Shown here: one piece after another, positions 12,340 to 24,774 of the stretch | Layout of the letters: each line of letters starts with the position of its first letter | Numbering within the stretch: position 1 is the stretch's first letter | Source of the DNA: Octopus bimaculoides | Taxonomy: Eukaryota | Assembly: GCF_001194135.2 (NCBI RefSeq) | Contig: NC_068992.1 | Span: forward strand, 38,328,448-38,392,447 | Direction of reading: 5' to 3' | Length of the DNA: 64,000 bases | The notes under the pieces: generated by a model | Told to the model about the DNA's origin: nothing | The model's database searches: none | The model's input: the letters and a program-made list of their open reading frames with translations, nothing else | Made by a program: the position numbers and the translations under genes

Positions 12340-13085
12340 CTGGAAATTAGAAAAACAGAGAGAAACGTGAAAATAAAGAATAAAAGATTGAAGAATATAA
12401 AACTTGGAATATGACTTTTGTATTTCATCATTTGTAAATCATCATCATCATTTAACGTCTGTCTTCCATCCTGGACAGTTTGACAGGAGCTGGCAAGGCT
12501 AGAGGGCTGCACCAGGCTCCAATTGTCTGCTTTGGTATGGCTTCTATATCTGGATGCCCTTCCTAATGCCAACCACCTTACAGAAAGAACTGGGTGCTTT
12601 TTACACAGCACCAGTACCTTATACATGGTACTGGTGCTTGTTTTAGAAAAAGAAAAATTTGAAACTGTAACAATTTCATAAATTACAATTAGTGACTTTA
12701 AAAGGGGTCGTTAGCATGGGAGGAGACCTTTAATACAAAATTCTTGGCTTAGTATTAAGACATACTTCTATAAGAGGTCATTAATTATTTGTTAGTTTCA
12801 TTCAAGAGGAATTGAAAGTATTAATTTTTTTTCAGTCAGACATTAGATTAATAATTCCAATTAAAATTCAATATTGACTAATAAATGAAATCTTTAAATA
12901 AAGAATGCAGCCACCCAGAAACGTAACTGGTAAATGAATTCTTAAACAAAGGCTCTAAAAATAGAAATAAAAAAAATTAACAAAGGAATTAATACAAAAC
13001 CACAGCTGTTGGCTGTATTAATGTAACAAGTCAATCCAAAGATTTTATTCGTTAAAAGCCATCAAACTGATATAGTCAAAACACA

Positions 13086-13611
13086 CGAGGTCTGATCAAT
13101 AAATATCAGTACTGTTGCTATACTATAACGTAGCTAGAGCATGCTTGGCACACATTGACCTTGAACTCTGTCACACATGCATACTCGCTCACTTCCGTTG
13201 TTTGTAGCAGTGATAGGAAGTGAAGTGTGTAGAGTGTAGTCATCTCGAAAAGAAGGTCGGATCCCTGCTGTGCAGCGTCTCATTGATTGTGTTAAGGAAG
13301 ATGAAAACTTTTTGAAAATTGTCATAACAGGTGAGGAATCATGGGTCTACAGCTATGACCCTGAAACCAAGGCTCAGTTGTTGCAGTGGAAGACCCCCAA
13401 CAGGATTTCAAGATGTTGAAGAAATCTAAGAGAATGCAACAAAGTAGCTGCTTGCTATCCCCAAAAAGGGAGTTCCCGGAATGCTTCCATTAATGGAAAC
13501 AACACTGGATAGTGTGGCTTCAGAAGAGGATTACTTCGAAGGAGATTAAAGGCCAAATTGAGATGTGTTGTAGTTTTCTTCCTATAACACCAGTCTTTTG
13601 ACCAGACCTCA
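13086..13611 (+). mobile_element. Internally deleted mariner transposon (degenerate)
   Basis: TIRs cgaggtctgatcaa / ttgaccagacctca with TA on the right (CA on the left). Transposase remnants ENFLKIVITGEESWVYSYDPETKAQLLQWKT and a C-terminal LLAIPKKEFPECFH*WKQHW...EEDYFEGD. Confidence 0.88.
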
Positions 13612-13799
13612 TATATTTACACACACACATGCATGGCTTTACAACCATGGGGGTTTGGGGTCAGCCCCATTGTAGAACACTATATGGGGAAATACCTTCT
13701 ATTAAAGACCCAAAATAACTAATACTATGTGAAAGAATTTAGTAAATGGAAACTGCAGGAATCCTGCTCTGTGTATGTGTGTGCATGCATACACATGAA

Positions 13800-15105
13800 C
13801 ACATTTTGCTCGATCTGTAGAAAAGGCATAGGTAGAAACTCTATAAGATGCACCCAGTGCAAGCTATGGACGCATAAGAGGTGCAGCAATATCAAAGGAA
13901 GGTTAACTAGGAAGTTAGTTTTTGTTTGTAGCAGATGTTCAGGAACTATAAACACTGTGAATGTGCAGAAAACAACTTCTGCCACATTCTAGGGAGAAAA
14001 ACTAGAAGTGGTTGATAGCTTCCGCTATCTTGGTGACCAAATTAGTAGTGGGGGTGGGTGCGCTGAAAGTGTAGCTGCTAGAATAAGAATAGCTTGGGCA
14101 GTGNNNNNNNNNNNNNNNNNNNNNNNNNNNNNNNNNNNNNNNNNNNNNNNNNNNNNNNNNNNNNNNNNNNNNNNNNNNNNNNNNNNNNNNNNNNNNNNNN
14201 NNNNNNNNNNNNNNNNNNNNNNNNNNNNNNNNNNNNNNNNNNNNNNNNNNNNNNNNNNNNNNNNNNNNNNNNNNNNNNNNNNNNNNNNNNNNNNNNNNNN
14301 NNNNNNNNNNNNNNNNNNNNNNNNNNNNNNNNNNNNNNNNNNNNNNNNNNNNNNNNNNNNNNNNNNNNNNNNNNNNNNNNNNNNNNNNNNNNNNNNNNNN
14401 NNNNNNNNNNNNNNNNNNNNNNNNNNNNNNNNNNNNNNNNNNNNNNNNNNNNNNNNNNNNNNNNNNNNNNNNNNNNNNNNNNNNNNNNNNNNNNNNNNNN
14501 NNNNNNNNNNNNNNNNNNNNNNNNNNNNNNNNNNNNNNNNNNNNNNNNNNNNNNNNNNNNNNNNNNNNNNNNNNNNNNNNNNNNNNNNNNNNNNNNNNNN
14601 NNNNNNNNNNNNNNNNNNNNNNNNNNNNNNNNNNNNNNNNNNNNNNNNNNNNNNNNNNNNNNNNNNNNNNNNNNNNNNNNNNNNNNNNNNNNNNNNNNNN
14701 NNNNNNNNNNNNNNNNNNNNNNNNNNNNNNNNNNNNNNNNNNNNNNNNNNNNNNNNNNNNNNNNNNNNNNNNNNNNNNNNNNNNNNNNNNNNNNNNNNNN
14801 NNNNNNNNNNNNNNNNNNNNNNNNNNNNNNNNNNNNNNNNNNNNNNNNNNNNNNNNNNNNNNNNNNNNNNNNNNNNNNNNNNNNNNNNNNNNNNNNNNNN
14901 NNNNNNNNNNNNNNNNNNNNNNNNNNNNNNNNNNNNNNNNNNNNNNNNNNNNNNNNNNNNNNNNNNNNNNNNNNNNNNNNNNNNNNNNNNNNNNNNNNNN
15001 NNNNNNNNNNNNNNNNNNNNNNNNNNNNNNNNCCTCAGTCAAATCATCCAACCCATGCTAGCATGGAAAGCGGACGTTAAACGACGACGATGATGATGAT
15101 GATGA
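13800..15105 (+). mobile_element. 5'-truncated RTE-clade LINE with PHD finger; middle lies in gap
   Basis: CSICRKGIGRNSIRCTQCKLWTHKRC...FVCSRC (C4HC3) followed in frame, across a stop, by LEVVDSFRYLGDQISSGGGCAESVAARIRIAW. The RTE tail with (GAT)n resumes at 15032. Linkage across the gap is inferred. Confidence 0.8.
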
Positions 15106-16137
15106 GTTCGTATTTATTCTGAACTTCACATCTATTCCCTAGTTATAAACAATCACCTAGTGATGCAGATGGTACCGTGGCTTGCAGTCCACTGTTCAAA
15201 CATTTTTGAGATGTTATATAGCCTTTGCAAACAAGTCTTGTTCATACATTGTCATTTGGCTCCAATCCTCCATGTAAGCAAGACTGGGCTGTTTGCTTGT
15301 TTGTTTGATAAACTGGGAGATTGTTACCTTGCTTGGAAACCAGTGAGAGTGGCAACAAGAAGGGCATCTGGCTCTAGAAACACTGCCTCAATACTCTCAT
15401 CTGACTCATGCAAGTATGGGAAAGTAGGCATTGAAATGATGATGATGATGATGATGATGTGTGTGTGTTGCTATTGTGGTAAAGATGTGTAGTTCAGTGG
15501 TCAGGGTACTTAGCTTATAACCATGAGCTCATGAGTTCAATTCTTGGTGGCATGTGTCCTTGAGCAAGACATTTTCTTCCAGTTCACTCAGCTGGAAAAA
15601 AATGAGTTGTACCTGTAATTCAAAGGGGTCAACCATGTCACATTCTGTGTCATGCTGAATCTCCCTGAGAACTACATTAAGGGTACGTGTGTCTGTGGAG
15701 TACTCAGCCACTTGCACGTTAATTTCATGAGAAAGCTGTTCTGTTTATTGGATCTACTGGAACACCCATCGTCGTAACCAAAGGAGAACCAGAAGAACCA
15801 ATATTTTACATTACATTGCCTCTGGTTGAATGAAGCAGTGGTGATGCTGATATTATGACTGGTTGCTTCTGTGCTTTTAAGGACCTCTGGAATCAAGAAC
15901 AGACAATGGAGCCTGGTGTGGACCCTAGCTTTACCAGTTCTAGTCAAACCATCCAACCCATGCTAGCATGGAAAACAGATGTTAAATGATGATGATGATG
16001 ATGGCTTGCGAGACCTCTGTTTGGGTGATTTTCCTGAATCATCATCTCACCCTTGTAACTTCCTTCCATTCTAATGATCTTTCCTTGAACAAGATTTTTA
16101 TCCCTTTTCATCTTTTATTTCTTTACATAAGGTTTGC

Positions 16138-16310
16138 TTACAGTTATTCATCACTCAAGAGTTTCCTTATAGATACTCATCACTAAGAGCTATCATACAG
16201 TTTACTCATCATTCAGGTGTTTGTTTATTGTTACTCACCACACAGGGAATTATTTACAGTTACTCATCATTCATGAATCATGCTTATAGCTACTCATCAC
16301 TCAGAGAATT
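16138..16310. repeat. Degenerate minisatellite
   Basis: About 6 copies of a tacagttactcatcactca-like unit at roughly 28-32-nt spacing. Confidence 0.7.
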
Positions 16311-16544
16311 AAAACTAATTCCTGGACTCAATTTTCCAGAATCATGCCCATTGCTACAAAACACTTTGTCACTGAGTCCTATTATTGATATTTAATGAGC
16401 TCAACCTCTTAATGGCTTCTGATTAATAAAAGAAGTGAAACTAATTTGCATAATGGTTAATGCCTTTCTCAAGAAAATCAGCCAGACATGTAAAGTGTCA
16501 AATGGAAGAACTTCAACCAATAATTGAAACAATGCTGTGTAGTG

Positions 16545-16910
16545 GTTCTTTTATTTTTTGTTCCAGTCATTAGACTGTGGTCATGCTGGGGCACTGTCTC
16601 GAAGAATTTTTTTAGTCAAATGAACTGACCCAAGCAGTTACTTTTTTTTTTAAAGCCAGGTACTTATTCTATTGGTCTCATTTGCTAAACCAAGAAGTTA
16701 GAGGGACACAAACATACCAACACTGGATGTCAAGTGGTGGATAGGGGACAAACATAGACACACACACATAATGGGCTTCTTTCAGTTTCCATCTACTAAA
16801 TCTCCTCACAAGGCTTTGGTTGGCTTGAGGCTATAGCAGAAGACACTTGCCCAAGGTGTCAAGCAGTGGAACTGAGCCTGGAACCATGTGGTTGGGAAGC
16901 AAGCTTCTTA
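16545..16910 (-). mobile_element. tRNA-derived SINE, third family
   Basis: Head tggctt..gtgttaagaagcttgcttcccaaccacatggttccaggctcagttcc, core accttgggcaagtgtcttctgctatagcc, internal (GT)n. Other copies near 6530-6700, 20455-20760, 28500-28740, 33620-33860, 36880-37230 and 44225-44400. Confidence 0.75.
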
Positions 16911-16998
16911 ACACTAAGCCACAGTATTCTACACTCAACACATATAATCAATTGTCGGAAGACTGAAAGCAAGTTTGTAAATAATGGTTGATACTCAC

Positions 16999-17065
16999 TG
17001 AAGAACGTATTCTTTCAGATTCATTCCAGGACTTTTGTTTAGAGTTAATTGAAGGTGTTTGTCAA
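16999..17065 (-). CDS. spri: RIN/Sprint exon, start of RIN-homology region
   Basis: ctattttcag acceptor and gtgagt donor, 67 nt, phase 1/2. Encodes (F)DKHLQLTLNKSPGMNLKEYVL(H) and links both neighbouring exons in frame. Confidence 0.8.
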
Positions 17066-18978
17066 CTGAAAATAGAGATAAACATCAATTAAACATAATC
17101 GTTTCTGATTCTGGCACACAGCTAGCAATTTTGAGGGGAAGGGCTTAGTTGATTACACTGACACCAGTATCTGACTGAGACTTTATTTCATCGATCCTGG
17201 AGAGGTGAAAGGCAAAGTTGACTTCACAATTCTGCCAGTTCACAACAACACAACAACAATAATAATAATCCTTTCTATTATAGACACAAGGTCTAAAATT
17301 TTGGTGGGAGGGGTTAATCAATTACCTCAGCTCTAGTGTTCAACTGATACTTATTTCATTGACCCCTGAAAGGATGAAAGGCAAAGTTCATCTCAGTGGA
17401 ATTTAGACCCAGATGCTAAAAACCTGCAGAAATGCTGCTAAGCGTTTTTGTCCAAAATGCAAATGAATCTGCCAGCTCACTGCCTTCACAATGGTTTCAA
17501 ATTAAGGCCCAAGGCCAGAGGTTTTGAGAAGGAGCCAGTCAATACCACTTACCCCGCCCCCTCACCCAGCACATGACTTGAATTCTATATTATCAACCCT
17601 AATGGGATGAAAGGCAAAGGGTTGGAAGAAATACCACAAGGAATATTCTAATAGAGGAGCTTTAAAGACTATACTATAAAATTTTGTTATGATGAATTTA
17701 TTTTATAATGTTACAGACATTTTTCCATGTTTTAGGAACTAATGAGTTATTTAGATTAATTAAACCTATTTTCATTTGTTTAGACTAATTAATCTAATTT
17801 TCATTAGTTCTATTTCTACAGCAACTTCATCTTTTCTTTCATTGCCTTTTCCCTCGTTAGTAATGAAGGTCTTGATGCCTTCATCTTTGAATATTCACAG
17901 AATGTCTAAGTCTTAATTACTTAGACATGTGTGATTAGAACACAGAATGGTTTGGTTAATATCGTCAGTGACAGTGATGGAACTGGGGTTCGTTTCATAA
18001 GCATAACCATCCTATAGTGTGGTCTCCTGTTATAGCCTCAGGTTGATCAATGCCCTGGGAGTGAGATTGAACTGGTTGGTGATGGAAACACAGGCAGAAT
18101 GTGTGTGTGCATGCATGTGTTTGTGTGTGTGTGAATGCTTATTGTCTGCCTTGTCATTGCATGACACCATTTAACCGACAGCAATGTTATAGTTACATCA
18201 TCTGAAAATCATACATTTTGTAGCTCAGTGGCTTCAACATGTGAAGGCTACTAGCATTGAAAAAAAAAGTTTTATTTGAAAAAAAAGGGCTGGCAACAGG
18301 ATGAGTATCCAACAGTTGAATAATTCCTGAGGAAGTCGGACCAACCCATGCCAGCATGGAACCCCCAAGCCCAAAAATGATGATAATAATGGTGATGATG
18401 GTTGGTGATGGTGATGATGACAATGGAGGAAGGTTTATGTGTGTATAGAACACAATCATGGATGCAACCCATAACACTTTCACAGCTTTGTCTCAGACCA
18501 GTTGAAATGCGTTGCAGATAGTGTGAGGAAAATTTTGACATCAAACAATAAGTGAAGTTAAACAACTTTTGTGTGTTTTTGAATATCTAATATGAATCTT
18601 CCACACTGTGATTGCTTTACTTTCAACACAGTCTGAGATCAAATCCCATGCTACCCCATTCCAAAATAATAATATTAAGTTCCACCTAATTACTTCACCG
18701 ACTTCTGACTGCTATTTCCCACTCCCAGCTCATCTGTACATCTGATGTGTTCATAACAATATATTTTAATGTGTATTAATTGACAGCCATTCATGACCAT
18801 TCCCAAAATTAGCTTAAACCTAACCCTTTCTACAGAACACAAATTAATAATTTAAATAGTTATCACAATGAATGCACTCTAAATTAATAAGGCTATAACA
18901 ACCAAACGGTTGGATTGCCAAGTATATCTCGTTATCTATCAGTAATTAAACAAACAGGATAGTTTGGTGCAAGTTCAC

Positions 18979-18981
<3 letters not shown>

Positions 18982-19033
<52 letters not shown>

Positions 19034-19127
19034 NNNNNNNNNNNNNNNNNNNNNNNNNNNNNNNNNNNNNNNNNNNNNNNNNNNNNNNNNNNNNNNNNNN
19101 NNNNNNNNNNNNNNNNNNNNNNNNNNN

Positions 19128-19172
<45 letters not shown>

Positions 19173-19205
19173 GGAGAGAGGGAGAGAGAGAGAGAGATAG
19201 AGAGA
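18982..19205. repeat. (AG)n microsatellite spanning a gap
   Basis: Directly visible. (TA)n and (TG)n tracts likewise border gaps at ~11751, 38577, 44526, 59006 and 62171. Confidence 0.95.
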
Positions 19206-19703
19206 GATAGAAACTAATTAACAAACATCAGAAAATAAATTAGAGGCATGTCTGAAATGCCAGTTGTCTAAATATCAAAACAATAAAAAATATTTGCTTA
19301 AGTAATGAGAGGCTGTGATGTTCATGCCTTAACCAGTAGCATTAACAATGCAACTAGAAAACTGAATTATTGATATGTGTACATATGGCTGTCTTAGCAA
19401 CATAGGTCACAGACAAATCAATACCCTGGCTCTAATAGTAAATTTATTTATTGACAGCAAACATAGATGAGAATTGAGCCCTTAAACTCATGAGGTCTGT
19501 GGGCAACTGTCCAATGTATCCATGCCTCAAGATAGCATTGTGTGTGTATGTGTGGGAGTCTATATTTCCTTCTATTAAAGCAGAGATTAACAACTTCTTA
19601 ATGGAATGGTTCACTTCTGCTCATGGCTTCCTAACCTTAACCATCAAGATAATCATCATTCTATACTGGCAAATGTTGGATAATTTGACAGGATTCAACA
19701 ATA

Positions 19704-19999
19704 CAGTTCTATATTTAAGAGATGAGGAATTATGTACATTATTTACATTTGACAGATATTTGTCCTCATCTTGTTTGTTGTTAACACAACGTTTTGACTG
19801 ATATACCCTCCAGCCTTCATCAGGTGTCTTGGGGAAATTTCGAAGCTGGGTTCTCATTCCTAAGGTATTTTTTGATGTTGTTGTTAAACCCAGGTTTGAA
19901 ATTTCCCCAAGACACCTGATGAAGGCTGGAGGGTATATCAGCCAAAACGTTGTGTTAACAAGATGAGGATAAATATCTGTCAAATGTAAATAATGTAAA
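19704..19999. mobile_element. Head-to-head inverted pair of the hammerhead-bearing element (family HH1)
   Basis: gacacctgatgaaggctggagggtatatcagccaaaacgttgtgtt at 19911-19956, mirrored on the minus strand. Confidence 0.8.
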
Positions 20000-21791
20000 G
20001 CATGTAGGATTCAATAAGTTTGAAGACTGCATCATGCTCCAATGCCTGCTTCTGTACAGTTTCTACCCTTCCCATAATTCCATTATTAATGACATTTATA
20101 TAAACAAAACATAAAACAAACACTGTTTAAAAGCCATCAAGTGCTCAACGATCCTCAAATACATGAAATTTGGAACATTTTAGAAATGGCTTTAGGCTCA
20201 CACAGAAAATATCTCAGTGGCCCATTTTTGGCTCAAGGGCCAAAAGTGATCCTTTCCTGTCCTAAAGTTATCTGTGTATTTCAATTAACAAACAACTAAT
20301 TAGGATTAATCTACAATGAAATGATAAAGGGTTGAAAATTAATTCAAAAATTTTCAGAACAATAAAATATCAAAGGAACTTTACAGAAGAATTGTGTTGA
20401 CCTGACTGGAACTGTCGCATTGTGATGATGATGACAATGATGATGCCTGGTAAGAAGCTTGCTGGGTTCAGTCCCACTGTGTGGCACCTTGGGCCCATGT
20501 CTTCTACTATAGCCTTGGGCTGACCAAAGCTTTGTGAGTGAATTTGGTAGATGGAAACTGAAAGAAGCCCACAGCGCGTGCATGTATTACAACTGCTTGA
20601 CACCCAGTGTTGGTGTGTTTACATCCCCGTTAACTTAGTGGTTTAGCAAAAGGAGATTGATAGAATAAGTAGCATACTTTAAATAAGTACTGGGGTCAAT
20701 TCATTTGACTAAAAATTCTTCAAGGCAGCACCCCAGCATGGCCACAGTCTAATGACTGAAACAAGGAAAATCCTTATAGATACATATCATCATCATCATC
20801 ATCCTTTAGTGTCTATTTTTCATGCTGGCATGGGTTGGACAGTTTGACTCAGGACTGGCAAGCCAGATGGCTGCATCAGGCTCCAATCTGATCTGGCAAG
20901 TTTTCTACAGCTGGATGCCCTTCCTAATGCCAACCACTCCGAGAGTGTAGTGGGTACTTATTATGTGCCACCAGCTACAGGAGCCAGTCAGGAGGGACTG
21001 GCATCGACCACATTTGGATGGTGTTTTTTATGTGCCATCGACATGGCGAGCCAGTCCGGCAGCACTGGCATTGACCCACGCTTGAATGGTGCTTATTACA
21101 TGCCGCTGGGAAGCCAGTCAGGCAGAATTGGTATCAGCCACAACTACAATTTCCATTTTGATTTTGATTTAATTTGACTTTACTTCACTCAATAGGTCTT
21201 CTTAAGTGCAGCATATTGGCCAACAATTCAGGAGTACTTTTAACCCTTTCGATACCAATCCGGCTGAAACCGACTGAAACTAGCTCTGAGTACAAATGTC
21301 TTGTTTTTATAAGTTTTGAATTAAAATCTTCCACCAAACCTTAGTCACAATTTATGTTCCTAACACTAGCTTAATGATAATTAAGAAATACGGTAACAAA
21401 AGGGTTAATAAGAAAAATAATCAGCAAAAGACACAAGAGAAGGAAACCTCAGTATGGCTGCTTTATATGCTAGAGATAATAGCCTAAATTTCCTTCAATC
21501 CACACCCTTCCAACTGCTTCTAATGTCTACCTGCCCAAATGTAGAGGTGTGGTTAATCCTTTTGATACCAACCCAGCTGAAACCACCTCTGGCTTTGTAG
21601 TACAAATGTCTTGTTTTTATAAGTTTTGAATTAAAATCTTCCACCAAACCTATGTCACAATTTATGTTCCTAACACTAGCTTAATGATAACTAAGTTATT
21701 TTACTAAATTCTTTGTTATATTTAAAGTAATTGAAAGAAACACAGAGCATCTCAAAATAAATTACAGTAACGAAAGGGTTAAACAGGCCAG

Positions 21792-21846
<55 letters not shown>

Positions 21847-22203
21847 AACACCTACAGTAATACATGAAAAATTTACTAGAAGTAACAGACATTCCTGTAA
21901 CCATAATAACCAGCGATTGTGGTGATGGTTGTGATGTTGATGGTGGTAATGAGGATGGTGACGATGATGTGGAAGCATAAAGCAACAATTTTATAATGAA
22001 ATGGCTACAATTAATTGAAACCCCACCACAACTAAACCTGAATTAACTTGACCAAACTTGGCAGTTTCCTTCAGAAGTTTGATATTTGAGTCTACTAGAA
22101 AAGGAAAAGTGGAATTCGCTTTGGATCAAATAGCAATTTAGATAAACAAAAGCAAAAATATAAAAACAGTAAAATGGTAAAGAGGAAACGGTTAATAACT
22201 TAC

Positions 22204-24348
22204 AAGGTTCATTTGGTGATAACATTGGTAGTTTCTCTTTGTCTTCTGCTTTGGCAATAAGTTCCTTCATTACTTTGTGTTCAAGCATTTGAGCCTTCAC
22301 AGAGTCTGGAAGAGGTGTACCTTCAACATGTGAACAACTTGAGGTCATGCTATGTCTGTTCTGAAAATTAGCGCTATCTTTTGCATTTTGAGTATAATTT
22401 TGGCTTAATTCTTGCCATTCTTGAATTCGTTCGAATGGGTTAACCAAAGGCAAAGCACTAAGATCATCGCATTTTAGAATGTTGTCCCATTTTTCACTGT
22501 CCCATGGTTTCGAGAAAACCGTTCCTGCATCACTGACAAGAGATACAGCTCGATATTGGTTTAGATTATCATATTCGGATGTCTTAGAGGAAATGATCAG
22601 ATTTGGTTGTTCCATGGGTTTTAATGTCAGTTGGGGAGATATCAAATCTTCTAAGGTGGAGAAATTTGACTCCATATCTTTAGCAGGGATTTTGGGATTC
22701 ACAGGGAATTTATGCAATGTCTGACTATTTGACTTACTCTCATGCACGTTCATCGTTAGTAATATGTTATCAGCAACTTTTGAACACATATTATGTAATG
22801 AACCCTTATCACTGTATTTGAGCTCAATTTTATCTGTTTTTTTGTGGTTTTCATTCTGACTATAGTAACAAGGCATTTGTAAACTTTGGTTAGCATTATT
22901 GTTCATATCACTTGAAGTTTTACCATTTTTGATCTTGTATTTATCAAAAGAAAAAATGGTGGTATTTGGTGTAACTGAAGGTGAATAAATAGTTTCTAAT
23001 GTGGGTTGATGTGAGATACGATTTTTACGTCGTTCCCGACAGTTGTGTAGTGTGGATTTCTGTCCATAAACTTGTTTGTTTGCAGAGCTTACAGGTGGGA
23101 ATATCACTGAATTGACCCCTATAGAGTCAAAGGGCTCAGTGTAGACAGGACTTTTGGTCTTTCCATCGGAAGATTTTTGAACATATGGTACATTATGTAA
23201 GGGCGGGGGTTTTGTCTTTTCAGAGAATTTGTTCATTGGTTGATCTGTCTTCTCACAAGAGATCACAGAACCAGTCATGTTTACATTGCACTTTGCTATG
23301 TCTGCCACATCACAACTCAGTTCATCTTGTAAAGAATTTCTCTTCTGAAGCTCGACAGCTTTTGGGCAAGTTTCTATCAATGAACACTTGTTAGAATATT
23401 GTACAGTTTGACCTGTAGAGCCTCGTCGGGTGATACGACCTTCAACATGAGAAGATGAAGTAGATTGAGATGGCCATGTAACAGCACTGTGCTGCATTTT
23501 GCTGGTAGGATTTCGACAATTATCTGGACTGGAAGCTTTTTTAAACTTATAACTAATATCATGAGCTGATTTACTGTACAAATCTTCAATTGCTTTCTGA
23601 TGTTTGAAGCTTACATCATGTGAAGATTTTGCATACAGATCTTCTCTTTGCTTTTCAGAACTAACACAGCCAATCAGGCTCACAGATAATTGTTCAGTCT
23701 GTGAATCTGCATTTTTTTTAGGGATGTATAGCGTACAGTTATTTTCTGCTTCTGAATCACTGAACATTCTGGAACCATCAATATCTGCACTTTTAACTGA
23801 TGGAGAATTTTTCCAAACATCTTCATAATCACTAAGTTTATCTGACAAGTTACTATGAAAGTATTGGGGGACAGAAAGATGATCAATGGCAGGACCTGAT
23901 TGAAGTTCAGTCTGTGGTAAATTTAAAGTATTGATTTGTGGATGTGTATGTGAACGGTGAACTTTCATGTCAACAACACTACCTTCTCTACTACTGCCAT
24001 CAGAATGTTGTTGCTGGTTTGTCTTGGAGATGCATGATGTTACGAGATGAGAATCTGAACATGATGTTTTGGACTTTGACTTGCAACATCCTGCATTAGG
24101 GCAATTAGATTTGCTTTTGTAATTAGTCAAAGGTTTCGTTTTATGGTTAGCTGTAAGTCTGATACCAGTGCTTCCAGCGGGAATTGTGTTCGTTGAATTG
24201 TGTGGTGGCACTTGGCCCAACTTGTTTCCATTCAATGCTTTCGACGACATACTTGTTGGCTCACTCAAAGACTTGTGGAGACTACATTTCTCAGATTTAT
24301 TTTTCTGAGCAGATATAGATTTCTTCATAATGTCCGAGGTCCAGAAAG
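22204..24348 (-). CDS. spri: RIN/Sprint giant exon (2145 nt), Ser/Lys/Asn-rich disordered region
   Basis: tgtttcag acceptor and gtaagt donor, phase 1/1. Starts (A)FWTS, matching the RIN FWSS motif, and stays open for 714 codons (most of ORF 22043..24328). Confidence 0.92.
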
Positions 24349-24726
24349 CTGAAACATAAAAATATGAGATTAAGATAAAAAGTTTCTAAAAAACACACTC
24401 CCCTCCTTCTTTTGCAATATTATAAATTCCATTGTAATAACACAACCTTCTAAAATTCTTCAAAAACTTAAGCTTATACATCTAGTATAAAATTCAAAAA
24501 TTTACCCAAAGAGCAGATTATATCAAATAATAAAATGAATTTCAGTTCAAAATCTCCAACCAGATGGCTTTAGTTCTTTGATCAAGCAAACAACCAGACT
24601 CATTGGATTAGCATGAAAGTGGCTGAATATTTCACAGACATGTATACCAGTGGTTCCCAGCCTCAGGTCCATGGACCCCTGCTGGTCCACAAATGTAGTA
24701 CTAGGGGCCTGTGAACTAAATTCAAA

Positions 24727-24774
<48 letters not shown>

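Noticed and set aside
22043-22203. C-terminal 50 codons of the 761-aa ORF
   Set aside because: Read-through past a perfect gtaagt donor into T-rich intron.
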